Shown here one piece after another: positions 50,381 through 62,672 of a stretch of 64,000 nt of DNA. The stretch's first letter is position 1. Every line of letters begins with the position of its first letter. The stretch lies in assembly GCA_964270895.1 (NCBI GenBank), contig OZ185450.1. One strand, 5' to 3'. The translations under genes and the position numbers were made by a program. This DNA is from Podarcis filfolensis. Its lineage: Eukaryota. The notes beneath the pieces were generated by a model. That model saw only the letters and a program-made list of their open reading frames with translations, ran no database searches and was not told the DNA's origin.

Positions 50381-51175
50381 TGTTGAACAAAACTGAAGGG
50401 TGAGCTAAAAATACTCCGGATAACAAACAGAGCCTTCAGCAGTGTGGAATAACAGGACGGAAGCTGAGATAATCACCACTGAAATAGTGCTGCTAGCAAG
50501 CATGGCCTCCTTACGTTTCTCTGTGAAATGCTGGGGAAGGTACCGAGTGCTATTCCTGTGCAACAAGATGAACATGCCACTCTTCCCCTCCCCTGCGGGA
50601 GTGTCAAAGCCCCCCCCCACGCCCCTCTGAATCTGGACGTTCTGGTCCCATCCACAATCCAGGCACAGTGATGATGACCCTGTGCTAGGGGAGGGAGGGA
50701 GGGAATTGATGAAAACATGTATGGGTTGTTGCCTGGCAACCACCCATGCACATCCTCTTCCTTCTCCCACATAGTCCTGCTCTTCCCTAGAACAGGCCTC
50801 CCGCTGATTAGGAGGTGAGGAGGGGGAGAGGCGAGGCAAAGCAAGGCAAGGTGGAGGCGAGCGCTGGGTACCATCTGAGCATCTCTGTATGTCAGCAACC
50901 CTTGCTCAGTAGGAGTTTGGCCTGCTGGGTCAGGAGAGATGGGCTGGAGGAGGAGCATCTGTCACAATGACACCTCCACATTCCACTTTGCTTTTCTGAC
51001 GTTGCATTATTCATTATATAATATGGTTGATGGTTGGAACAGTTTTTTTGTTTTTTAAAAAAGAAAGGCTTAAAGGCCACTTTCATTGAAAGTCCTACGA
51101 TTCCACTTTAAACATGACTTCCTCCAAAGGATTCTGGGAGTTGTAGTTTGTCAAGTGTGCTGAGAGGGATTAGGA

Positions 51176-51434
51176 TAAGGCAGGCATAGACAAACCCAGA
51201 TGTTTTGGGACTACAATTCCCATCATCTCTGGCCACTGGTCCTGTTAGCTAGGGATCATGAGAGTTGTAGTCCCAAAACATCTGGAGGGCCAAGTTTGCC
51301 TATGCCTGGGATAAGGTTACCAGATTTTTTTCCAATGAATCTGGGGACACTTTTCAACTTCAATGGATTTTGTATGGGGACTGATTTGTAAATCTGGGGC
51401 TGTCCCCGGGAAACAGAGACATCTGGTAATCTTA
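51176..51434. mobile_element. hAT-type MITE (TAAGGTTACCAGAT / ATCTGGTAATCTTA) with its left TIR split by the next element
   Basis: TSD GATTAGGA/GATTACGA (7 of 8) at 51168-51175 and 51435-51442. Confidence 0.7.
51181..51308. mobile_element. Short palindromic hAT (Charlie/Buster-like) MITE
   Basis: TIRs CAGGCATAGACAAAC / GTTTGCCTATGCCTG; perfect TSD GGATAAGG. Older relatives with the CTACAACTCCCATC..GATGGGAGTTGTAG core occur near 240, 2460, 17860, 22520, 30920, 38680, 44940, 54240, 56260 and 61950. Confidence 0.92.
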
Positions 51435-52096
51435 GATTACGATACACACCTGCATATCCCATTCCCTTTGCTGAACTACATTTCCCAGAGTTCCCTGTGA
51501 AGAGAGGTTGACAATTAAACCACCCTGGGAACAACACTTCTGGAAGCGGATAAGTGTCTCCTAGCCCCTCTTAGCACCCTGAAAAAAAACTACAGATCCC
51601 ATAACTCTTTGGGGGAAAGCCATAACAATCTAAAGTGATAACACTGTGCTTTGAACATATGGTGTGAACATGATCAAAGTCTCAGATTCTTACTATCTGC
51701 TCTAGATCTGTACAAAAGGATGCCTGAGAAAAGCCAGACCACAAGTTGGGATGCTTGATTTACACTGAGGGAGGTATTTTTCAGCTAGGGGGGCACATTC
51801 CAGACTGAACAGTTTTATGAAGGCCACATACCACATTCACACTTCACTCTCTATCTAACACCCAGGCAATCAGAAAGCATTGCTAGAGTTCAAGAGTGCA
51901 TTGTAGCCAAGCAAAAGCACTCAAGGAGGATGAAAAACAAAGCCTGAGTGGGGTGTTGCATGGGGGTGGGGGGCAGACCCAGGGGCCATACAGAGAGGCC
52001 TGGAAGCCCACATTCATCCCCAGTGTCTGAGGTCCCCTACCTCTGAATTATATATTTATCCCATCAAACAAACAACTCTTGGTTTTTAAATAAGTG

Positions 52097-52455
52097 GAGG
52101 ATAGGGTGGCGCTGTGGGTAAAACCTCAGCGCCTAGGACTTGCCGATCGCATGGTCGGCGGTTCGAATCCCCGCAGCGGGGTGCGCTCCCGTCGTTCGGT
52201 CCCAGTGCCTGCCAACCTAGCAGTTCGAAAGCACCTCCGGGTGCAAGTAGATAAATAGGTACCGCTTTATAGCGGGAAGGTAAACGGCGTTCCGTGTGCT
52301 GTGCTGGCTCGCCAGATGCAGTTTGTCACGCTGGCCACATGACCCGGAAGTGTCTGCGGACAGCGCTGGCTCCTGGCCTATAGAGTGAGATGAGCGCACA
52401 ACCCTAGAGTCTGGCAAGACTGGCCCGTACGGGCAGGGGTACCTTTACCTTTACC
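52097..52455 (+). mobile_element. Sauria SINE, second subfamily
   Basis: Same architecture as the others with diagnostic differences (AAAACCTCAGCGCC, GATCGCATGG, GGGCAGGGGTACCTTT tail). Confidence 0.9.
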
Positions 52456-53177
52456 TAGTCTATGAACACTGTGTAAAGCAAACAGACAAGAGTCTCCCAC
52501 TATACACAGAGATGGAGTGAGTGAGGCAAGGTCAATGGTAAGTAACGGTGCTGCAGGAATATTATTTGCAAATTCCAGTTTGAACTGAGCTGGTTTGCAC
52601 CTGCAGGACTAAAGCACAAAGCAGAAAGTAATTACCTTTTGTATTTTGTACTTCTCCAATTTCTGCAGTTCTTGGCTCAAAAGACACCCACACATTAAAA
52701 ATGCATGTTTTGAGATTAAATGTATTTTAAAGTGTGCATTTTGAGGGTGAGGGGACAAATTCACAAATGTGGATTTTTAGTGGGAAAACATGCCCACAAC
52801 GTGTTTATATATGTATTTTGTTTTTGTAAAAATGCACACATAGAGTGTGTAAAAATGCACATTGAGAATAATGCAGTAACAGGATGGAAAGGACTTAGGA
52901 AGGATCATAGGCAACAGTGACACGGACTAGAGAAAAAGACTGTATTTTGTAAGTATGCCTCAGTTTTCTTCTGTGACATGCTGGAAGATATGTGTTTGTT
53001 AATGCTACTGGTGTGTGCGCGTGTATGCGCATGCAAGCATGTGTCAAAATCCTCCAATGCTCACAAGCCAGAACTTATGTCTTCCTTCGCTGATGAAGAA
53101 TCAAGGTTATGGCTGGGTTGCTTTAGAAGGCCCTGCCCACATTCCCGTTGCTTTGTGCAAAATATAAAATAATACAG

Positions 53178-53309
53178 NNNNNNNNNNNNNNNNNNNNNNN
53201 NNNNNNNNNNNNNNNNNNNNNNNNNNNNNNNNNNNNNNNNNNNNNNNNNNNNNNNNNNNNNNNNNNNNNNNNNNNNNNNNNNNNNNNNNNNNNNNNNNNN
53301 NNNNNNNNN
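53178..53309. other. Assembly gap (132 N)
   Basis: Direct reading. Confidence 1.
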
Positions 53310-54496
53310 TATATTAGTCTATCCCCAGATCCTCCATCTAATAAATAACTTGGCAATCTCCGAACCCATAAATATCCCCGGCCCTGGCAAAAAGCAATTA
53401 AAGCAGGTTAAAAAAAATATAAAAATGCTGCTTCCCAACACTCATTGGTTGCTCCACTCAAATTATTTCACACTGCTTATTCTGGGATGGAATGAGGGAA
53501 AGGGAGGGAGGAGGGAAGCAGGTTCCAGCAACGCCCCCTTATCTGAAAATTTATCTTCTGGTTCCAATTTAAGAAACAAGCCACATACAAAACAATTTTT
53601 TAAAAGTTAAACATGTCACAATGATGCAGAGATGTTACCAAGGAAAACGTTATTTCCAGCAACAAGTGTTCGTTGGCCGCCTGAGACAGCTTAGGCTGCT
53701 AAAATATTGTTAAAAAGCACTTCAGGAAGGAGCCTGAGCCAAAAAAACATGTTTAAAATGCTGTGGCGTTAAGCACTGAGACAGCAGACTAAAATGTTAT
53801 TAAAGGCTCCCAGGTTGCCCGTCCAGAATATATTTCAGGTTAATAAGGTTCCCTTCCGTGCCGAGTAAAGGACAGTTTTATTTTATGGGTGGTGGGTGGG
53901 GGCAGGAGATGAAAATGGAGGGGTGGGTTGAAGTCCAGGGTCATAAAGCAGAAAAGCCTCCAGAAAATGATTTCCCTCTTAACTAGAAACTTGATATATA
54001 ATTTTTACCCTTATAGCTGCAGTGGAGCTTCAAAGGAGAAGTGCACTGTTCAATGCAGACCTTGGTCTTACATGCTTACGTTATATCTTGATTGGACTCC
54101 TATAGCATGATCTGAGTGGGGTTGCCCTTGAAGACCACTCAAAAACTTCCAGTTGGTGCAGAATGCTGGCGCTAAAGCTTCAAATGGTACATGGCCCCCT
54201 TGTTCTAGCTTTCGCCAGCCTATCACTTTTCAGACATCTTGGGCTGCAACTCCCATTAGCCCCACAGCCTGACTGTGCTGGCTGAGGCTGATAGGAGTTG
54301 TAGTCCAGAACACCTGGAGGATACCAGATTGGTGAAGGCTGCCTTATTGCATCATGTGCAGAGACTTCAAGTGCTTTTTCAAGTATGATTCATGGGCTGG
54401 CTATTGGAAGTCCTAAGCAGCCTGGGAAGAAGGCCATCTTATCAGCTCATCCTTTCAGGGGAGGCACTGGCTGTTGGCTTCCTCCTCCTTAACCTC

Positions 54497-54790
54497 ATAA
54501 GAACATAAGGTGAGCCTGCTGGATCAGGCCCATCTGGTCCAGGATCCTGCCCTCACAGTAGCCAACCAGATGCCCCAAAGGGAAACCCACAAGCAGGATC
54601 CAAGCACAAGAGCCCTCTCCCCTCCTGTGGTTTCCAGCAACTGGTATTCAGAAACATCGTTGCCTCTGACTATGAAGGCAGACAGTAGCCATCATGGCTG
54701 GTAGCCACTGGTAGCTCTCTCCTCCTCCATGATTTTTTCTAATCCATTTTAAAGCCACCCAAGTTGGTGGACCTCTCTGCCTCCTGTGTG
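54497..54790 (-). mobile_element. CR1 LINE 3' UTR fragment
   Basis: Begins CATAAGAACATAAG (antisense of the CR1 terminus) and continues antisense to the CR1 3' UTR seen at 450-845. Confidence 0.8.
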
Positions 54791-55057
54791 AAGAAGTAAA
54801 TGATGTAATGCCCTCATAGAATTCAGGGGAAAGGATGAGGCCAAAACACGAATTAATTGGCTTTGCCTCTCATGGGCTCTGGCTCCACCTGTCAGTAGAC
54901 TCTCTGCCTTCTGCCCACCATTCCCTAAAAGGCATCAGCCACCACTGCCTCTGAATTATCTTAGGAGGGGAGGGGAGCAGGCCAAGATATCTAGCACTAC
55001 AGCATCACTGACATAGCCTTCCACATCTCTCTGATGAAAATAGGGATGTCCTATTTA

Positions 55058-55087
55058 ATTACTACTACTACTACTACAACAACAACC

Positions 55088-55118
<31 letters not shown>

Positions 55119-55620
55119 CCACAACAACCACAACAACAACATTTATAGCCCGCCCATCTGAGTGGGTTGCCCCACTCACTCTAAGCAGTTTCCAACATAT
55201 ATAAAAACATAGTAAAACATTAAACATTAAAAGGCTTCCCTATACAGGGCTGCCTTCAGATGTATTCTAAAGATTGTATAGTTCAGGGGTAGGCAACCTA
55301 AGGCCCATGGGCCACAAGTAGCCCACAGGAGTCATTTAACCAGCCCACAAGCCACCCCCAAACTGAGCCGCCCGCTCAGCGAGTCCACGCCCGCTGCGCT
55401 AAACCGGCACAGCGCGGTGTGGAGACTCACTTCCGTGGTGTCGGAAACTGCGTCTGCGCATACGCAGATGCCGAAAATCATGTCTGCACAGACGCCAGAA
55501 ATCACGGGTGAGCGCAATCCGGCCCATGGAGGGATCTCTGCTGGAGTGAACCAGCCCAGGCAAGGTAAACCTTGCCAACCCCTGGTATAGTTACTTATCT
55601 CCTTGGCTTGGGGGTAGCAT
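55058..55620 (-). mobile_element. L2-like LINE 3' end with (CTA)n(CAA)n tail, interrupted by a hAT MITE
   Basis: Homologous to 21649-21870. Confidence 0.6.
55284..55584. mobile_element. hAT (Charlie/Buster-like) MITE
   Basis: TIRs CAGGGGTAGGCAA / TTGCCAACCCCTG; perfect TSD GTATAGTT. Confidence 0.92.
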
Positions 55621-56620
55621 AACTCCACACTCTCCAACATTTATGATTTGAAACCCCAGAGGAGAAAAAAGTCATAGATTACTGCTTCTCAGGTGCCAAA
55701 GAGGGACCAATTTCCCATTCCCACTGTTCCAACTCGAACAGCTGTCTCCCACCCATCTAGCTCAGTTTATGGATTTCAGTCTCTTTCTCTCTCTTTTTAA
55801 TTATAACAGTAGTTCCTCCTGGTGCCCAAGTCCTCTCAACAATCCAGACAATAATCCATAATTTTCTTCTGCTTAAAAAAAAGGGGGGGGGGAGATCTTC
55901 TAAGGAAATTAATCCCTGTTGGCTGTATTCCAGACAATAGGTGAGAAATTTAGTCCATTGCCAGACAACAGCTTTTCAATACATCCCAGCAGACATTTAA
56001 AAATGTGCATTGGGGTGCATAAGACAGTCCTCGAGTCTCATGTAAAAAAGAGCCAGCAGCTCAGCGTGGAACTGCAGACAGCTTATTCACAATGAAAGCT
56101 AACCAAAACCTGCCAGGTCTGAAGGGACCAATCAACATTCTGAATGGAATGGAACTGGGTTCCAGCAGAACAAGAAAGGCCAGACTTTGCTGTGCTGCTG
56201 TGGTTGTCAAACTGTTTTTCAGAGGACCCAGAGGTTAAAGGAAGCTATGGATGTACTGGCTGGGGCTGATGGGAGTTGTTGTCCAGGACATCTAGATGGC
56301 ACCAGGTTGAAGAAGGCTGTACCTTACTAGTTCATGCTGAAAGATATTGACTGGCCCACGGTTTCAATTGACCCTTCCCATGCACACATCCAGGTACCCC
56401 ATTTACTAGAGATGCCAGCAAACATATTCCAAACTAGGCTCATAAAAGAACTTTGGAGACTTGCTAAAAGAGAGGCAAGCATTTCAACCCCTCTCTTCAC
56501 CCCCCTTCCAGTTACATTGAAATCTAAGCTGGAGAAGAATCACTAACTTCACTCATGAAAGGTACCCTACTCCAGCAGGTCCAAACTAATAGAATAATTT
56601 TGCTTCATTAGCTTGCATGA

Positions 56621-56708
56621 GGGCAGAGCAAGGGTGAAATGGCAAGTTGAGAGAAGACATCCTGGGGCAGAGCAAGGGTGAAATGGCAAGTTGAGAGAAG
56701 ACATCCTG
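56621..56708. repeat. Perfect 44-bp tandem duplication
   Basis: GGGCAGAGCAAGGGTGAAATGGCAAGTTGAGAGAAGACATCCTG occurs twice in tandem. Confidence 0.95.
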
Positions 56709-56924
56709 GTGCTGAACAGGGGTGGGCCATATCCTTCCTCCTTGCAGTTCTCCCCGTCTAAAGTAAAGGAACAACATTGTTCTATTAGCCTGTATCGTGC
56801 CATGCAGAAAGATATGGAGAGAAAGACATGGAGAAATAGGGAGGTGGATTTCCCAAAACCTCTATGGGGGGGAGGAATACCTAGAGGTACTTTTTAAGTG
56901 TGTGCAAGATGTGCTACTGAAAGC

Positions 56925-57102
56925 TCATTTATATTTTTTACTTATTTTATATCCCACCCTTTTCTCCTGTGCAGCACCCAATTGGGCTCACATCATAAAT
57001 TAAAATAGATAAAACTAAAAACACTATCTATCTACACATGTATGCACAATTAAATCAGTAACCCTATTAAATATGGCACTGAAAATACTCAAAACCATTT
57101 CA

Positions 57103-57160
<58 letters not shown>

Positions 57161-58040
57161 ACACAACACTCACCCTGAGAAGACCATGACAGTCTTCCTG
57201 CCATGACAGTCAATTACTGTTGGAACAAACAGGTCTTCTTCACCTGCTGGCAACAGGAAAGCAGAGAAGGGGCCTGCTGAACATCCCATAGGAGGGAGTT
57301 CCACAATCTGGGAAAATCCACCAATAAGGTCCTCTCTTGACTGTAAGTTGAGGGCAAGAGAGAGGATTCCCCAAAAGTTCTCAAAGTCTGAGCAGACTCA
57401 TCTAGGGAGATAATGCTCCTCCTGATAGCCTGATCCCAAGCTCTGTAGGTGTAAGGGACCGTGCTGAGGAGGGCTGGAGTGAGGAGGAATGGGAGCCTTC
57501 CCCTCCCCCTGCCCCTGATCAGGATCCTGAATCTTCCCAGGAGCAGGAGGATAGTATAGATTTGGAACAGTGGTTTGCAGACGGACATAGTTCAGAAGGC
57601 AGAAGTTGGAAAATACTGGATGGGGAACAGTAGGAGAAGAAACACTGGGAGGGAAGGAGTTAACAGATTCACTGTCTCTGGAAAGCATTCATCCGCTCTC
57701 CCCAAGGTCAAGGAGGGCTGAGTGGCAGAACAGAAAGCACAGAGGGTATAAGGTTAGGTTACAAGACGTAGGAGTGACGTGGGTGACTACAGATGTAAGG
57801 GGGTGGAATTCTTCATTGGGAGCACTGCCATTCCTAGCAGATGGGTTCTTTGTTCTCTTGCTGCGAGTATTAAAGTTTCTAACTGGTAAGAAGACTCCTT
57901 TTCCTTTGTTCTGCTAATCTATTGCCAAGGGGGGGAGGAAGTTGATTTCTTGAAGACTGACAGTAGGTCATAACCAACACTTTGAATTGTGCCCAGAAAC
58001 AAACCAGCAGCCAGTGCAACTGCTGTAAGGAGGAGTGCCC
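56925..58040 (-). mobile_element. L2 LINE 3' fragment split by a solo LTR
   Basis: Translations LQQLHWLLVCFWAQFKVLVMTY (57965-58035) and FPRLWNSLLWDVQQAPSLLSCCQQVKKTCLF (57215-57320) are consecutive L2 ORF2 motifs. Confidence 0.85.
57450..57962 (+). mobile_element. Solo LTR (probably Gypsy/Ty3-like), copy B
   Basis: TG...CA termini (TGTAAG / CTGACA); perfect 5-bp TSD GTAGG at 57445-57449 and 57963-57967; TATAAG near 57747 and ATTAAA near 57869. Confidence 0.92.
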
Positions 58041-58931
58041 CATTTTAGATTTTATATACCTAAAACTCATCTTACACATATCTACCATTCATAGAATCAC
58101 AGAACTGTGGAGTTGGAATGAATATCAAGGGGCATGTAGTCCAAGCCCCTGCAAATCCCACTGGATCCTTGATCAAAGATCCTTGATCTTTGTTACTGAT
58201 ACATAAAGAGAGAGGTTCTGCAGATCAAACATATTCATCCACTTGGCAAGCAGAGAAGGGAAAATACCTGGTTGTGCTAATTCTGCTAGCTATGTGAATT
58301 ATTCTGGTAATGGAAACAAATAACAGGGCTGGCGATTCCTGGTTCAAATTATAGCCCACTCTCCCCCATTTTGATTATGCAGTATATACCTAAAACCCAA
58401 GGCAGGAATATGTAAGGGTGAGAAACTGGAAGCCATACTTATCAACCGTCTCCATAGCAACAGTATGAAATCAACCCAACACCTCAAGGCTATTTTCACT
58501 ACTTGAATATTTTATATTCACTCAAGAAATTTCTGGGTTTTGAACAACATGTTGTGACATATGCAAATTTTACCAAGAAACAGGTGATACTTTTTTTTTT
58601 AAAGGAAACCATTATTGTTGTTGTTTAAGGAGTTGTGCATCTTTTAATGAAGGGCAGGAGGTATTACGGTGACCATTAGGAAAACATTTAATCAGAGATG
58701 GCAAGAGTTTGGTCAGTTTTGGCCTAGACAAATAAAGATCAAGAGGTGCATGTGATACTGACTTCCAAATGCTTAGAAAGATGCTGTGAGGAAGATTGGG
58801 GGGAATTGTGCCATAAGGGACATTGACGAAAGCGAGAGAAAGAGAGAGAGAGAGAGAAAATTGTAGTAAGTGACATTTTCCACCAAATTATCAAAAATAA
58901 TAATAATAAAGTCAAGTGGAACAGGAATGTA

Positions 58932-59055
58932 GGAAGTTGTCTTATATAGAGTCAGACAATTGGTCCACCTAGCCTAGTAATGTCAACACTGACAGGCAGA
59001 AGCTCTCCAGGATTGGGGGCGGGGTTCTTTCTCAGTGCTACCCAGAAATGCTGCC
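58932..59055 (-). mobile_element. Squam3-like SINE fragment
   Basis: AGGAAGTTGTCTTATATAGAGTCAGAC...CTAGTAATGTCAACACTGACAGGCAG is the same tail as 5835 and 60148. Confidence 0.55.
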
Positions 59056-60147
59056 AGGGAACAAACCAGGGACATTCTACAGGCAAAGCGAAACTGAGCT
59101 ACAGGATATGGGTAGGATTCAACTAATGAAGTCTGCCAATGGAAGCCTGTGCAAGGACTTCCACTAGTGTAACAGGGCTTTCCCTCTCTATACTCACCCC
59201 TTGATGCACACACCCCCAAACTCACTCTGAGGAGGTCAAGAAATCCCATACACAGTGCGAGGAAATGCTTGCACTGGTGGAGCAAACTTCTTAATGCTAT
59301 GTTGCATTCCTCCCTACGTTGGAATATATTGATCCAAGTGGAATATATTGGAGGGCAAGTGTGCTTGTGTGCTTGTTTGCGTGCATTCGTGCAAAGCAGG
59401 AAATGAGGAAGAGAGAGATGAGGGTTATCCCTTGGGTGGCAGTTTCTAAGCACATTCACATGGTTGCATTTTGAAGCCACCTTCAGAACTTCCTGCACTG
59501 AATAGGGACATAGTCACTGGGAGTGGCGCATATGCCCCGGCCTGCCCTACACACACACTACGCCCCATGAGCACACACACATCCCTTTTATGCTCAGATA
59601 GGTCTTTGGTGTCTAAGAAAGGAGGCTGTCAATCATAATTCTTGACTTCTCTGTAGTCCTCTTGTTCCCCTCTGCATGTGTCTTTTGTATATTTTGAGAA
59701 CACAGATCCCTCCAGACAATGGCACTTTGTTAAAAAAGAAAGTGAGAGAAGTCGGGAGGGTGGGCTAAAGTTTTCAGGGTCACAAGACACATTTGTGGGA
59801 AGCTTTTATAGTTGCATTTAAGAGCAAGTGAGCGGTCGCCATGGCGATAGGTAAAAAAAAAAGCTAATCCATTATTTGTGACCTTTAGATTTCCAAAAGC
59901 ACCCAGCTGGGTGGGCAACTGATGTTTCTTTTTTGTCTTACAGAGCTCACCTGAGAAATTAAAACAACAAATTAATAAATGGGGGAGGGGAAAACATTTT
60001 TTTTTTTTTTGCATCCGCCTGCCCATTTGTAAAATAGACTTATATAGGGGATAAGAAATTTGGTTGAGAGAAGGAACTATTATCATTGCCATAATCATCC
60101 AGACAAATCCCTAGAGCCAGGATGCTCTAGGGACCTGGGAGCAAAGA

Positions 60148-60300
60148 AAGCTGCTTTATACCAAACCAGATAATTCTTCTCTGTCTCAGTATTGACTGGC
60201 AATGCCTCTCTAGGATTTCAGACTAGGGTCTCTCTGAATCATACCTGGAGATGCCAGGGATAAAACCTGGGACCTTCTTCATACAAGGCAGACACTCTGA
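60148..60300 (-). mobile_element. Squam3-like SINE
   Basis: CCTGGAGATGCCAGGGATAAAACCTGGGACCTTC head plus AAGCTGCTTTATAC tail. Confidence 0.6.
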
Positions 60301-60709
60301 GTTGAACAGTCAGATGAGTAGCTGGTATGATACTTCATGTATTCACAGCAGTAGTATGGAGGAGGGTGTCTGATCACATGTGATTTCTTTTGCCTCCTCC
60401 AAATGCATTTTTTTTAAAAAAAAAAAATCGAAGCAAATATGAGCTTTGTAGGATGATTTCCAGCAGAAACATTAGGAGTGTTATGTTCTGATTTATTAAT
60501 ATACCACTTTTCAGTCCAAAAAAGCCCTAAGCAGTGAACTGCATATCACATAATAATAATTAAAAACCAGTAAAGATACAACAAATACAATTAAGTCAAA
60601 ACAATACAAAATCACCAAATACCCACCAAACACATTGGTGAGCTGCATTCATGTTCTCAGCACTTACATAGTTACCCAGTATTTCACCTCTCACATGGAA
60701 GCCACATTA

Positions 60710-60951
60710 CAGTGTTACTTCAGGTTACATACGCTTCAGGTTACATATGCTTCGGGTTACAGACTCCGCTAACCCAGAAATAGTGCTTCAGGTTAAGAAC
60801 TTTGCTTCAGGATGAAAACAGAAATCGTGCTCCAGCAGTGTGGCAGCAGCAGGAGGCCCCATTAGCTAAAGTGGTGCTTCAGGTTAAGAACAGTTTCAGG
60901 TTAAGAACAGACCTCCGGAATGAATTAAGTACTTAACCCGAGGTACCACTG
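60710..60951. mobile_element. Tc1/mariner (Tigger-like) MITE
   Basis: TA TSD; ends GAGGTACCACTG; same family as 36408. Confidence 0.9.
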
Positions 60952-62259
60952 TACCTCTATTTTTCTCTCTCTCTCTTACATACAAACCAGCTGCTTCAAT
61001 CTCACCTAGGAGCATGGGGTGGGGGGGAATGTTGACCCTTTTCATACATTGACAACCTGCTATCAATGGCAGCCTCCAAATAAATTGACTTCCCCTTTGT
61101 AAACCAGCCATAGAAAGGGTTAAAAGGTGGGGAAAGAGTTAGCCCTTTCCCCCCTTCCACCAACATCCTGATCTGTACAGTTGTGGCTGCTTCCCCCATC
61201 CCACCCCAAAGAGATGTGCCTGGTCCCAAGGACAGGACTGAAAGTCGCCTCTAGGTTGACCCCGAGAATATCTTGCTGCAAATGCACTCCGTAGTCTACT
61301 TCTGTGCTTCTGATTAATCCAAGCCCTCTTCTACTGAAAACAGCAGCTACTTTATCTTAAACAGAATGCTTGGGAATTGACTGCCAGTCCTCTTCATCAG
61401 GCCCAGGTGTCCTCTAATGTATGTGACAGGCTCTCTTACACAGCACATTTCCCTAAGTGAACCACAGTGTAGGCATCATTTGGGCTCCTGGCCTTATTAG
61501 AGGAGCTTTCTTGCTACACCACTGTGCAGCGGAGACCCCAGAGCACCACACTTGTCTGTATTTTCTACTTGAATTTGCTGCTGTGCTGTCGTGTCATATT
61601 TTTGGCTTGTCTGTGTTGCCTTAGATCTCAGTGCCTTTCAGACTTCGTCTGCACACACTATTCTCATTCCAGACACAGACAGTAGCGTGGCCTCTGCTGC
61701 TGCAAAGGGCGCTCCTGGTTTTGCTCCTGATGCCATTGGACCATCACGGGTCAAAGTGCAGGAATTCAAATAACACCAACATTTGGAGTTCAGCACCTTA
61801 GCTATCATTTACTCGTGTGCAAGAAACACATGGGGGGTTGAGGGACAGAATGCACTACCAAAGATGACCACTAGCTTTGAAGTTTTAAAGAAGGTGCTCT
61901 AGTAAAACTCATACAGTAGATACGGGGAACCACTGGCCCTCCACATTGTTGCTGGAACACAATTCTCACCATCCTTAGTCCTTGATAGGAGCTGCATTTC
62001 AGCAGCATCTGGAGGGCCAAAAGCCCCACACACTTGTTACGGACGATAGGTCTGCCACTTGCTGCTTGTCATGGTAACTAAAGAACATCCATGCAAAATG
62101 GTGATGCACTCCATAATATCAGAAGCCAAGGACGAATGAGTGGCTGTTCACCTCTATCCTGTCATGCTGAGATAGAGGGTTGTATCCAATGCTAGTCCGA
62201 CTCATAGGCCCATTGAAAGCAATAGCAATTGTGCAACCTTTGTTGAGGTTCCTTTAATT

Positions 62260-62397
62260 CAGCCTTTCTCAACCTGTGTGTCCCCAGAAGTTGTTGAACT
62301 ACAACTCCCATCACCCCTAGCTAGCAAGGCCAGAGCTCAGGGATGATGGGAGTTGTAGTCCAACAATACCTGGGGACCCACAGGTTGAGAACCGCTG
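62260..62397. mobile_element. Short palindromic hAT MITE
   Basis: TIRs CAGCCTTTCTCAACCTG / CAGGTTGAGAACCGCTG; perfect TSD CTTTAATT. Confidence 0.92.
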
Positions 62398-62536
62398 CTT
62401 TAATTGCTGTTAAGGAAAATCTGGTGCACCTTATCTTGCACCTGCAGGTCTTGTAATTTGAAGGTTACTGACCTGGCAACCCGCCAAGTAGATCCCTGTG
62501 ATCTGACAACCAGCCAAGGATGTGGTCATTCTTGGG

Positions 62537-62672
62537 CAGGCATAGGAAAACTCAGCCCTCCAGATGTTTTGGGACTACAACTCCCATCATCCCTGACCAC
62601 TGGTCCTGTTAGCTAAGGATGATGGGAGTTGTAGTCCCAAAACATCTGGAGGGCCAAGTTTGTCTATGCCTG
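62537..62672. mobile_element. Short palindromic hAT MITE (same family as 51181)
   Basis: TIRs CAGGCATAGG / TCTATGCCTG; perfect TSD TTCTTGGG. Confidence 0.92.

Noticed and set aside
59835-59850. RFX X-box-like palindrome GTCGCCATGGCGAT
   Set aside because: A single imperfect motif with no supporting context.
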